A stretch of 64,000 bases of DNA from a bacterium (lineage in GTDB: Bacteria; Babelota; Babeliae; Babelales; UBA12409): assembly GCA_018660415.1 (NCBI GenBank), contig JABJKG010000010.1:2405-66404 (forward strand). Direction: 5' to 3'. Both the position numbers and the translations under genes were made by a program. Of this stretch, positions 39,518 through 48,591 are shown piece by piece; position 1 is the stretch's first letter; each line of letters begins with the position of its first letter. The notes beneath the pieces are model-generated. The model did not search any database and was not told the origin of the DNA. It saw only the letters and a list, made by a program, of their open reading frames with translations.

Positions 39518-40603
39518 ATGAAGAAAATTATAGTAATTATGGGAATTGTAATGGGTACATGTGGTTTTTTTCAGTACGGATACGGTCAAGAAGGGAACCT
39601 AGTTTCTTTTTTTAGAAAAGAAAAACTGGAGCGAGCATCTTGTATTTGTTGCATCGATGGTGGCGGTACTAAGACTGAAATGAAGATCATTGATAAGAAT
39701 GGAATTCCTTTATCGTTTTATAAAGATGGAATCCAAATGGATGCAGTGTGTTCTGAGGGCTCTAACATCAATACTATAGGTCTTGATGGCGTTAAGGCTG
39801 CATTTGAAAAACTCTTTGATGGAATCCAGTTTGGAGACAAAATGATTTCTGTTGACTCATTAAAACATAACATGGTTATTGTTGCAGGCCTTGCTGGACT
39901 GGGTGCTCCTGAGAAAGTTAAGCAGGTTAAATCTATGTTAGTTGGCCTTGGTTTTGCCAAAGAAAATCTATTGATATATTCCGATGCAGGACTTTTACTC
40001 GAATCATTTGAGCCGGGAGAGATTTTGTTGATCGGTGGAACCGGATCGAACTGTATGGGCAAGAATAGCGATGGTAAGACGGTAAAGTGCGGTGGTCTTG
40101 GCTGGATGTTGGGCGATGAAGGAAGTGGTTATTCTATGGGCCTGCAGGCTATTAAGCAGGTATTAGAGATTGATCAGGGATGGGGTGAACCTACGACATT
40201 AACCCAAATTGTTAAGGATCATTTTCAAGTAGAACATGTCAAAGAAATAATCCTTCCTTTACAGCACGGGACCATTACTCCAACACAGGTAGCGGCACTC
40301 ACACCACAGATTTTTCAGGAAGCCAAGGAAGAGGATATTTGTGCAATGCAGATTGTCTATGATGCAGCACAGGAGTTTGGCACAATGCTAGACAAGGTGG
40401 TACGCAAGATTGACTGTGAGCAACAGACTATTTACTTTGTTGGTGGCTTATTTAAAGGTGAAGAACAAGAATGGTTTGTTCGTACAGTTTTACAAGCCAA
40501 GCCGTTTTTTGAAACGTTTGAACAAAAAGAACCGACTATTAAACTACTCTCAGATCGTAATCCGGCAGTAGTTGCGGCACTTAAGTTCTTATCGCTTGCA
40601 TAG
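39518..40603 (+). CDS. BadF/BadG/BcrA/BcrD-type sugar kinase (GlcNAc/MurNAc kinase-like) with N-terminal hydrophobic extension
   Basis: IDGGGTKT, GLAG, GGTGS and GGLGWMLGDEGSGY motifs. Confidence 0.88.
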   Translation: MKKIIVIMGIVMGTCGFFQYGYGQEGNLVSFFRKEKLERASCICCIDGGGTKTEMKIIDKNGIPLSFYKDGIQMDAVCSEGSNINTIGLDGVKAAFEKLFDGIQFGDKMISVDSLKHNMVIVAGLAGLGAPEKVKQVKSMLVGLGFAKENLLIYSDAGLLLESFEPGEILLIGGTGSNCMGKNSDGKTVKCGGLGWMLGDEGSGYSMGLQAIKQVLEIDQGWGEPTTLTQIVKDHFQVEHVKEIILPLQHGTITPTQVAALTPQIFQEAKEEDICAMQIVYDAAQEFGTMLDKVVRKIDCEQQTIYFVGGLFKGEEQEWFVRTVLQAKPFFETFEQKEPTIKLLSDRNPAVVAALKFLSLA

Positions 40604-42254
40604 CTTTGTATTTTTCACTTGCTGACACGGGCAACAGTCCAATAGCTTTTTGTTTTCCGGTAATGACATCAGCCGTTGCTATCTGTGCGTCAGGGTCATC
40701 CTCGTAGGCTACCAGGACGGTATCATAATCATCAAAGAATTTCAGACTATACGGAGAACCAAACAAGGCGACAACAAGTTTTTTTTGTTTCTTTTTTAGT
40801 TCATCAAGGAAAGTGCGTGTATCGGGCGCGATTCCAAAGTCCTTACCGGTAAACTTGTTCATCTCAAAGATTCCTACGACAATAGTGTCATCATTTTCTA
40901 GAAAGGTTCCAGCTTCAGTAATGTCGACTCCGGTGGGGATAGCATTAATGTATTCCGATTCTATTTGTGGCATTCTTTCCTCTAATTGTTGCTGGAATAC
41001 ACTTTCGCGTGGCCCGCCAACTTGTAGATAAGCCACACGAGGTTGTTTTTCTGCTACTGGAACCAGGTTTCTGGTATCGCTGGCAAGTGTAATTGCACTT
41101 GCATATAATCTTCGTTTTAGTTTTTGGGCATGTGAACTAAAAAGGGTATCATCTAGGTGGTCAAGCGATTGTGGCTTGCGTTGAAAAACTCCGGTTTGTT
41201 CTTTGGCTTTTAATACTCGCATGACATGTTCATCAAGTTCTGATTCTGATAAAGAACCATTAGCAAGAGCTTGTTTGATTTTAGTTATGGCTGCCGGTAC
41301 GTTTTGAGCCATGACCAGCAGGTCATGTCCAGCCTGGAGCGCCTTAAGCTCAATGTCACCATCTTCAGACTTGATGCCTTCATTTTCAAAATATTTATGT
41401 AATGCTTTCATGTTCAGACCATCAGATACAATGAGTCCTTGAAATCCTAGTTGTGATCGAAGGTGGGCAACGGCTTGTGGTGAAAAGGTAATAGGACATT
41501 GTTGTTCACCAGTGAGTGCGGGGACGGACATGTGTGCGGTCATGATCGCTACAACTCCTGCATCAACTTGCGTTTGAAATGGTTGTAATTCTATTTGTTG
41601 GAGTCGTGATAAGGTATGTCGAATGACAGGAAGCCCTAGATGTGAATCGGTAGCTGTATCCCCGTGTCCAGAGTAATGTTTAGAGCAGGCTGCAATACCG
41701 GCATCTTGAAGTCCTTGCATAAAGAGGCAACTTTTTGTGATAACGTTTGCAGGGTTTTCCCCAAAAGAGCGGTCATTGATAACCGGGTTGGCTGGATTAA
41801 CATTGATATCCACTACCGGAGCACAATTGAGATCAACTCCTAAGCGTTTTAATTGAAGTCCAATCTCTTTACCCAGCTCATAGATAAGGTGATCATCTTG
41901 GATAGCACCGAGTGTCATATTACGTGGAAACCGTAACGCATTAGGCAAACGCATGGATAGTCCCCACTCAGCATCAAAGAGAACCAAAAGGTCTGGAGCC
42001 TGGCGTGTCAAAGTATTAACGGTAGTTATAACGCGTTCGGCAGAGCCATGTCTATTTAAAATAATACTGCCAATGTGATATTTCTTAATCAATTCTAATG
42101 TTCGCTCAAGACGTTCAGGGCTCGACTTAACGGGCACGTTAATACAAAAAACTTGTCCAATTTTTTCATCTAACGAAAGGTCATTAAAATCTTTGGGAGA
42201 CAAAGCCGTTACCCCAAGAAACAATAAGATAAGAATGCCAACACGTATTTTCAC
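40581..42254 (-). CDS. nagZ: GH3 beta-N-acetylglucosaminidase, two-domain, secreted
   Basis: DAEWG, APVVD, RSFGE, KHYSGHGD, DSH dyad, IMTAH and SDGLNM nucleophile. Confidence 0.92.
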   Translation of the reverse strand: MKIRVGILILLFLGVTALSPKDFNDLSLDEKIGQVFCINVPVKSSPERLERTLELIKKYHIGSIILNRHGSAERVITTVNTLTRQAPDLLVLFDAEWGLSMRLPNALRFPRNMTLGAIQDDHLIYELGKEIGLQLKRLGVDLNCAPVVDINVNPANPVINDRSFGENPANVITKSCLFMQGLQDAGIAACSKHYSGHGDTATDSHLGLPVIRHTLSRLQQIELQPFQTQVDAGVVAIMTAHMSVPALTGEQQCPITFSPQAVAHLRSQLGFQGLIVSDGLNMKALHKYFENEGIKSEDGDIELKALQAGHDLLVMAQNVPAAITKIKQALANGSLSESELDEHVMRVLKAKEQTGVFQRKPQSLDHLDDTLFSSHAQKLKRRLYASAITLASDTRNLVPVAEKQPRVAYLQVGGPRESVFQQQLEERMPQIESEYINAIPTGVDITEAGTFLENDDTIVVGIFEMNKFTGKDFGIAPDTRTFLDELKKKQKKLVVALFGSPYSLKFFDDYDTVLVAYEDDPDAQIATADVITGKQKAIGLLPVSASEKYKAMQAIRT

Positions 42255-42492
42255 AACGACCTCCCTTTGAAAAATTTAATGCTTCATTGTACTAAAACCA
42301 CCAAGAAGATTGTAAGATTTTAGAGTCAAAGAGAGAAAAGATAGCTTTGAACAGACAAAATTAAATTTTTCAAATAATGATTGCTATAGTTTTTTGTATA
42401 TTGCTACAATATTATAAAAGATGAAAAATATTACATATAAGAATAAATTTGCGGAGTGGTTTTTACTTGTATACACCCTATAGGAGAGGGAT

Positions 42493-43806
42493 GTGAACCT
42501 AATTTGGACGGTTGTTAACAAATTTTTGGCTGGATCGCGGGTAATAATCATAGTATTACTCGTTTTTATTGTGCCAAAGTTTTATATTGCGATTGCAGAA
42601 AATTCGCAACCGATTCCTATTGTTGAGACTGAGTTCAAGTTGGGGATTGAAAATATCACACCACAGTTTTTATATCATTTTGTTGATGGTCCTAAGCCGA
42701 TACGGGTTGGATTGGTTTCTAATCATACGGGCGTTACACAAACGGGTAAGCGGAATATCGAAGTCTTTCTTGGCCATGGAATTCATCTTAAAAAACTTTA
42801 TGCACCTGAGCATGGTTTTTCTGGTAAGACCGGAGCAGAAAAGAAAATATATAATGAAGTGGACACAGCTTCTCGATTGCCGGTAGTGAGTCTTTATGAA
42901 GGAAATAGTCAGTTTAAGAAGTTCAGTCCTGAAGAGTTAAAAGACATTGATGCATTCTTCTTTGAGATGCAGGATTGTGGAATGCGACATTATACGTATT
43001 TCCCTGTTTTATATAAATGTATGGAGTTGGCTGCCGAGCATGGCAAAAAGATTGTCGTCTTTGATCGGCCTAATCCATTGGGTGGTGTTATGGAAGGACC
43101 ATTGGTCGATCCTGGCAATAACTCATTTATATCTATTGCTAACTATCCGTTGCGGCACGGTATGACCATGGGTGAGCTAGCTTTGTATTGTAATGATAAG
43201 CTGCTCAAAAAAAAGGCCAAGCTGTATGTGGTTCCTATGAAAAACTATGATCGTAGTAAAGATTCAATGCCATTGTTAACAGCCTTATCTCCAAATATTC
43301 CTACACTTGATGCGTGTAAGGGGTATGGATTTTTGGGTATCATGGGAGAAATTGGACCATTTACAACTGGTGTTGGGACTAAAAAGTCATTCCAGTTTAT
43401 AGGGCTACCAAAAGATCTTAATGTCCCTATGTCCAAGTGGTATGCGTTAAAAGAGAAGCTCAAGCGACATGGTATTCAAAGTAAGGGCGCGACTTTCTAT
43501 GACGCCAAGAAAAAAGCTTATGTCCGTGGTTTGAATATTGTTATTGAAGATCCTAACGGCCTATCATCATTTAATGCGTTGATTGAAATTATGAGGCATT
43601 TTAAAGATTCAGGTCTCAAGTATTCTTTTGGGCCAGCATTTAATAAGGCTGTCGGGATTGATGATTTTAAAGCATGTATCCAAGGCAGTGGCGATTATGG
43701 AAAGCTTGCAAGCAAGGTTAATGTTCAATTGAAAAAGTTCCATACACAGGCTGAACCGTACTTTATTTATAAAGCACATCCAACTATTTGTGCCTGCCAG
43801 GCCTAA
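42493..43806 (+). CDS. namZ: Exo-beta-N-acetylmuramidase NamZ (DUF1343) family
   Basis: VGLVSNHTG, APEHG, SLY, QDCG.R.YTY, DRPNP, RHGMTMGELA and SPNIP motifs. Confidence 0.88.
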   Translation: MNLIWTVVNKFLAGSRVIIIVLLVFIVPKFYIAIAENSQPIPIVETEFKLGIENITPQFLYHFVDGPKPIRVGLVSNHTGVTQTGKRNIEVFLGHGIHLKKLYAPEHGFSGKTGAEKKIYNEVDTASRLPVVSLYEGNSQFKKFSPEELKDIDAFFFEMQDCGMRHYTYFPVLYKCMELAAEHGKKIVVFDRPNPLGGVMEGPLVDPGNNSFISIANYPLRHGMTMGELALYCNDKLLKKKAKLYVVPMKNYDRSKDSMPLLTALSPNIPTLDACKGYGFLGIMGEIGPFTTGVGTKKSFQFIGLPKDLNVPMSKWYALKEKLKRHGIQSKGATFYDAKKKAYVRGLNIVIEDPNGLSSFNALIEIMRHFKDSGLKYSFGPAFNKAVGIDDFKACIQGSGDYGKLASKVNVQLKKFHTQAEPYFIYKAHPTICACQA

Positions 43807-44195
43807 CCTTGTTTTATCGGTAGTGCATACTTTCTTACTCGGTAGTACAACTCTTTAGGATTGAGGCCAATAATTCTGTATAAGATTCTTCCTTCTTTAA
43901 AAAATACAATGAATGGAAGATAATAGACCTTTAAATATTCTTTAAGCTCATCGGTAACATCGTCCACATTAATCGAAGCAAAGTGCATTCTATCAGGTCC
44001 AAATGTTTGTTCTAATTGTTCAAACACTGGCTGTATAGACTTGCAAGCTCCACACCAGCTTGCATAAAACTTAATGGCTGTTGGCTTATCATGAAAAAGA
44101 TGGGTCTCGAGTTCAGCTTGATCAAATGTTGGTTGCATGGCTATTGTTTGTGTTGAAACAATAGCCATACAGGTTAATACAAATCTGTTATTCAT
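43803..44195 (-). CDS. Thioredoxin-like protein with signal peptide
   Basis: KFYASWCGAC active site and cis-Pro loop YYLP. Confidence 0.88.
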   Translation of the reverse strand: MNNRFVLTCMAIVSTQTIAMQPTFDQAELETHLFHDKPTAIKFYASWCGACKSIQPVFEQLEQTFGPDRMHFASINVDDVTDELKEYLKVYYLPFIVFFKEGRILYRIIGLNPKELYYRVRKYALPIKQG

Positions 44196-44214
44196 AGTGT
44201 AGGTAGTGAAATGT

Positions 44215-44595
44215 TTATCTTCCGCTGTAACGGGTAATGAGTTTAGTTAAATCTGCCGGGCTGTTACCAAGAACACGGTGAATGATCTGTCCGTTCTTAA
44301 AGAAGAGCACGAGTGGAATACGATGTGCGCCATACTTTTTTTTCAGAGCGGATGCATTATCGATATTAACAGCGATAAAATTAATAGCTTCTCCTCCAAA
44401 CTTATTTTCCAGTTGGATATAGGTTTTATTGAGGGTCTTGCATGGGCCACACCAATTGGCATAGAACTTTACCACTGTAACCTTACCTTGATTAATATAA
44501 GAGTTAAGTTGTGCCTGTGTGCTTACTTCAATAGCACTAAATAACTGTAATGAGATAAATGAAGATGCTAACAATAACGCTAATTTTTTCATCAT
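44215..44595 (-). CDS. Thioredoxin with signal peptide
   Basis: KFYANWCGPC; MMKKLALLLASSFISLQLFSA N-terminus. Confidence 0.9.
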   Translation of the reverse strand: MMKKLALLLASSFISLQLFSAIEVSTQAQLNSYINQGKVTVVKFYANWCGPCKTLNKTYIQLENKFGGEAINFIAVNIDNASALKKKYGAHRIPLVLFFKNGQIIHRVLGNSPADLTKLITRYSGR

Positions 44596-44608
44596 ACAAC
44601 CTTTTTGG

Positions 44609-45874
44609 TTATTTAATATGGCGCTTGATCTGTTTTTCAAAAGTATCAGTACTGACGCCTGTTATTTTATCTACTTCTTTGCCGCCTTTGAAGATTTTGA
44701 TATGAGGAATAGAATGAACCCCGTATTGTTGCGCGATGTCGCGTGCATCATCAATATTGATGGATATAAAGTTCATATCATCACTATATTCTTTTGAGAG
44801 TGACTCAAAGATAGGTTTGACTACTTGGCATGGTCCGCACCAGCTAGCATAGAACTTAACCGCTGTTGGTTTTCCTTGGCCGGTATATTTATTTAATTCT
44901 TCAATAGTTGTTACTTCGATATGTGTAGGTTTTTTAGGAGCCGGCTTTGGAGCTGGTTTCTTTTTTTCCTTAACAGGGATCTTGATTTTCTTAGTAGCCT
45001 TTTTTTCTGCGGGCTTAGGTGCTGGAGCTTCTACCTTTTTTTTAGGAGCTGGCTTTGGCGCTGGTTTTTTGACAGCCTTCACAGGTTTTTTCAATGTTGA
45101 TTCATGGAGTTCTTGTGTATGGCTCTCAAGTTGTGGTTTATCAGCACCAGAGATTTCTTTGACTTGCTTGCCTTTGTTAAATGAGATAAAGGTTGGGAAT
45201 CCTTGAACTTGGAACTTATCGGCAAGTTCTGCAGCTTTATCACCATCGACTTCGATAAACGTTACGCTTTCTTCAAAATCTGAAGCGAGCTTATCAAATG
45301 CTGGCTTAATTTTTTTACAATAACCACACCAGTTAGTATAAAATTTAACAATAACCGGTTTTCCACTCTTAATATGTTTGTTTAGTTCGTCATGTGAAGT
45401 TACTGTCTTAACTGGCCCTTCAGCAGTAGCTTCCATGGTTATTGTTGTAGGCTGTTCTGGCTCAGGTGCTTTAACTTCAGCAGCTTTTTTAGCCTTAGGC
45501 GCCACTACAGCAACCTGGCTTTTCAAGGCTGGATAATCACCAACAACACGCTTGGTTTCTTGTTCATAGTCATGGAATGCAAAGGTAGGAACTCCACCAA
45601 CCTTATATTTTTTTGCAATCTTGGCACCCTCACCCTTAGAGATATCAACGATAATAAAAGTTATGTCAGCATTATCTTTAGCTAGTTCATTGAATATAGG
45701 GCTTTTGCAAGCACCACACCAAGGCGCTGTGAACTTAATAACCGAGTAGGGAGATTTTTTTAATGTTTCATCGAGTACACTTTGAGTCGTAATGAGTTCA
45801 GGACCATCCATTTGCTTGCTGTGTAAGCTAATCGATAAAATCAAGGGCAAGAATAATAAGCGAGAAAATTTCAT
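44609..45874 (-). CDS. Secreted triple-thioredoxin-domain protein
   Basis: Signal peptide; WCGAC, WCGYC and WCGPC domains joined by Pro/Ala/Lys-rich linkers. Confidence 0.92.
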   Translation of the reverse strand: MKFSRLLFLPLILSISLHSKQMDGPELITTQSVLDETLKKSPYSVIKFTAPWCGACKSPIFNELAKDNADITFIIVDISKGEGAKIAKKYKVGGVPTFAFHDYEQETKRVVGDYPALKSQVAVVAPKAKKAAEVKAPEPEQPTTITMEATAEGPVKTVTSHDELNKHIKSGKPVIVKFYTNWCGYCKKIKPAFDKLASDFEESVTFIEVDGDKAAELADKFQVQGFPTFISFNKGKQVKEISGADKPQLESHTQELHESTLKKPVKAVKKPAPKPAPKKKVEAPAPKPAEKKATKKIKIPVKEKKKPAPKPAPKKPTHIEVTTIEELNKYTGQGKPTAVKFYASWCGPCQVVKPIFESLSKEYSDDMNFISINIDDARDIAQQYGVHSIPHIKIFKGGKEVDKITGVSTDTFEKQIKRHIK

Positions 45875-46254
45875 AAAAATAACTCCTATATAGGGATTCG
45901 TTTTTTAACTTTCGTACCCAGTCTACAAAAAAAAACTATAATGGTACATTACTGCTGGTTTGCTGGACTATATGCAACAAAAGAAGGTTGAAAGAGTTGT
46001 TTTAATGCTTCCAGAAAAGTTATAAGCTTCTCGATTTTGAGTGATGAGGTACAGAAAAGAAAGAGAGTGAGCATGTTACGTCTTGCTTTGAAGGCTTTTG
46101 TTACGTAGGACTAGGAGCCATGATATACTAGTGGGGTTATGAAGGCAAGAATCGATTGCCCGCTTTGTATTTTTAAACCCCTGTCATGATTAATTTTAAA
46201 CCCATGTATTCAATCATAACTGACAAAGTGGAAACTCGATAAGAAAGGAGAACT

Positions 46255-47235
46255 ATGCCGATAATCAATAGTAAGAGCGACCAGAACAAAATACTTCCAA
46301 TGTCTTATCTTTGGGCCCATAAATATTTTAGACACAGCATGACGCGTCAATGGATGCCAGAAGATATTTCCATGCAATTGGATGTTGAGCAGTGGCGATC
46401 TATGAATATTTTGACAGATGATGAACGTACAATGGTCTTACGTAATATTGGTTACTTTTCTACGGCAAGTTCGTTTATGGCGGATAATATTGTATTAACA
46501 GCTTATAAACATATAACTAATCCGGAATGTAGACAGTATTTGTTAAGGCAGGCATATGAAACGTCTATTCATACTGACGCCTTTATTCAATGTTGTGACA
46601 CGCTTGGTCTTGACCCTGATGAGATATATTCAATGCATCAGAATATTGAGACGATTAAGGCAAAGGATGATTTTGTAGCCAAGTTTGCAGTCCCTTTAAA
46701 AGATCCTAAGTTTTCTATTACGAGTACCAAGGGTATTCAGCAGTTTGTATTGAATTTAGTAGGGAACTACGTTGTCATGGAAGGATTATTTTTCTATACC
46801 AGTTTTGCCATGATGTTGATGTTACGGCGACGAGATAAAATGGCTGGTGTTGGTCAGTTGTTTGAAAATATCATGCAAGATGCAACGGTACACCTTGCTT
46901 TTGGGTGTGACATCATTAAAGAAATTTGTATTGAAAACCCTAAGGTTTGGACTCCAGCATTCAAGAGTGAGATCATTGACATGATCAAAGAAGCTGTCGA
47001 CTTAGAAAAAGAATATGTGTCGGAAGCATGTCCGCATGGGCTTATGGGTATTGATGCTGTTTTGTTTAGTCAGTACATAGACTATATAGCTGACACTCGA
47101 TTAGAACAGATCGGTTTACCGAAACTATTCCAACAGGTGAACCCATTCAAGTGGTTATCGCAATCAGTGAGCATGAAAGACAAGGGCGTATTCAATAGCT
47201 CGCATGAATATCACACCAGTGATGTAAAATGGTAA
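46255..47235 (+). CDS. Ribonucleotide reductase beta subunit homolog (class Ic-like) lacking most metal ligands
   Basis: W.P.DISM..D...W, ITNPECRQYLLRQA, MEGLFFY, YIADTRL..IGL and NPF.W identify the R2 family. Ligand positions read S72/T103/H106/E176/A210/H213. AAGGAG RBS. Confidence 0.9.
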   Translation: MPIINSKSDQNKILPMSYLWAHKYFRHSMTRQWMPEDISMQLDVEQWRSMNILTDDERTMVLRNIGYFSTASSFMADNIVLTAYKHITNPECRQYLLRQAYETSIHTDAFIQCCDTLGLDPDEIYSMHQNIETIKAKDDFVAKFAVPLKDPKFSITSTKGIQQFVLNLVGNYVVMEGLFFYTSFAMMLMLRRRDKMAGVGQLFENIMQDATVHLAFGCDIIKEICIENPKVWTPAFKSEIIDMIKEAVDLEKEYVSEACPHGLMGIDAVLFSQYIDYIADTRLEQIGLPKLFQQVNPFKWLSQSVSMKDKGVFNSSHEYHTSDVKW

Positions 47236-47240
47236 AATAA

Positions 47241-47265
47241 AAAGGCCTCTTTTAAAGAGGCCTTT
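47241..47265. terminator. Bidirectional intrinsic terminator
   Basis: aaaggcctctt / aagaggccttt inverted repeat between convergent genes. Confidence 0.8.
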
Positions 47266-47318
47266 CTATTTATAAAAGTAATCTAAATGTTACTCTGCTC
47301 TAGAAGTTTTTCTGCTTC

Positions 47319-47717
47319 TTATGCTGCTTCTTCGTGAGCAGGTTCCAGTACGCCGTCAAGAACAGCAGCTTGAATTTTCATAATTTCAAGTTTAGCACAC
47401 GCTGATACTTCATCTTCGTTACCAGCAGCTTTTTTACACTCAGCAACTAATGCAAGAAGGCGAGCACTAAGAGTGTTAAGGTCTTCGCTGAGGGCTTCTT
47501 CTACTTCAGCGGCAAGTTTTTGACGTTCATCTGCACATGCTTGTGCTTCAGCAAGAATTTCAGCATATTCACGAGGAGTTGTAGCTTCTACAACTGCAGC
47601 AACATCTTCAGCAGTTATTTCTGTTGGAGCTGGAACTTCAGTAGTTTCTGAGTTTTCAGCATAAGCACCGGAAACAAGTGTTAATAGAGCTAATGGTAGG
47701 AGTAATTGCTTTTTCAT
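47319..47717 (-). CDS. Secreted acidic, Ala/Glu-rich helical protein
   Basis: MKKQLLLPLALLTLVSGAYA signal peptide; strongly biased codons (GCT, GAA). Confidence 0.8.
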   Translation of the reverse strand: MKKQLLLPLALLTLVSGAYAENSETTEVPAPTEITAEDVAAVVEATTPREYAEILAEAQACADERQKLAAEVEEALSEDLNTLSARLLALVAECKKAAGNEDEVSACAKLEIMKIQAAVLDGVLEPAHEEAA

Positions 47718-47928
47718 AGAAAAGCCTTTCTTGTGTAAATAAAAAAAGTGTTTCACTGCTATTTTAAAAAGCACTGTTATTAAAGGATTGTAAAATGAAA
47801 GCAAGAGGAAATAAGCGAGTTATAAACCACGGGCTTTGATGTTATTATTCCTGAAGTAAAAAATGCTGTTATTAAAATATGGTTTTTATTGTAAGTTTAT
47901 TTTTTCATAAGTCAAATATAAAACAAAG

Positions 47929-47960
47929 TAAAAAGCTCCGATTTTACTCGAAGCTTTTTA
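47929..47960 (-). terminator. Probable intrinsic terminator
   Basis: taaaaagct...agcttttta just downstream of 47979-48461. Confidence 0.55.
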
Positions 47961-47978
47961 TTATTTTATATTTAGGTC

Positions 47979-48461
47979 TTACTGTAGGGATACCCTTATG
48001 TAGCGAACTAATTCGGATAGTTCCATAGTTCCGTGATATACGGAGCCGGGGATTCTGCGGCCCTTATTGTAGACTGCTAGCATTGGGGTTCGCGTTACAA
48101 TAAATAGTTTTGCAATGCCGGGATATTTTGCTGCGTTAACTTTAATGATTCTTACTTTCAAATTAATTTGTTGGGCATGGGCGTGTAGTTCTTTAAATAC
48201 GGAGTGCATCTGGTCACACGCTGAGCAACTTGGTTGATAAAATTCGATAACGGTTGGTTTTGTTCTAATTACTTCATGCAGTAAGGTGGACGGTTTCATG
48301 CCAGGAAACTGCTTCAACAGTTCATCAAATTCTATAACCCCATGAACACGGTCAATACGTTGTTGTAATAAGGTTACATTTCTGTCGACCTGGCGTGCTT
48401 GTGGTAGTAGTGAGTTGCTTATTAAACAGAGGCCGGCAAGGGTTATTATTTTCAATTTCAT
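47979..48461 (-). CDS. Secreted thioredoxin-fold protein (CSAC)
   Basis: Signal peptide; IEFYQPSCSAC, IIKVN and cis-Pro RTP. Confidence 0.8.
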   Translation of the reverse strand: MKLKIITLAGLCLISNSLLPQARQVDRNVTLLQQRIDRVHGVIEFDELLKQFPGMKPSTLLHEVIRTKPTVIEFYQPSCSACDQMHSVFKELHAHAQQINLKVRIIKVNAAKYPGIAKLFIVTRTPMLAVYNKGRRIPGSVYHGTMELSELVRYIRVSLQ

Positions 48462-48591
48462 TTATTCTCCTTTTTAATTATACATTACTTTAGAACTAGT
48501 AAAATTTGCAAAGATATGACAAGCTTTGAGTTAAAGAATTCAGTATTGCATGTATAGTGCGATATATTATAAAAATTTTTAATTAAGGTTA

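Noticed and set aside
46118-46134. Possible NrdR box (ccatgatatactagtgg) upstream of the R2-like gene
   Set aside because: Poor match and wrong spacing relative to the 16-bp consensus, and only one copy.
46255-47235. Calling the R2 homolog class Ie (metal-free) or a normal nrdB
   Set aside because: The radical Tyr position is Phe, the ligand-loss pattern differs from class Ie, and too few ligands remain for a normal dimetal site.
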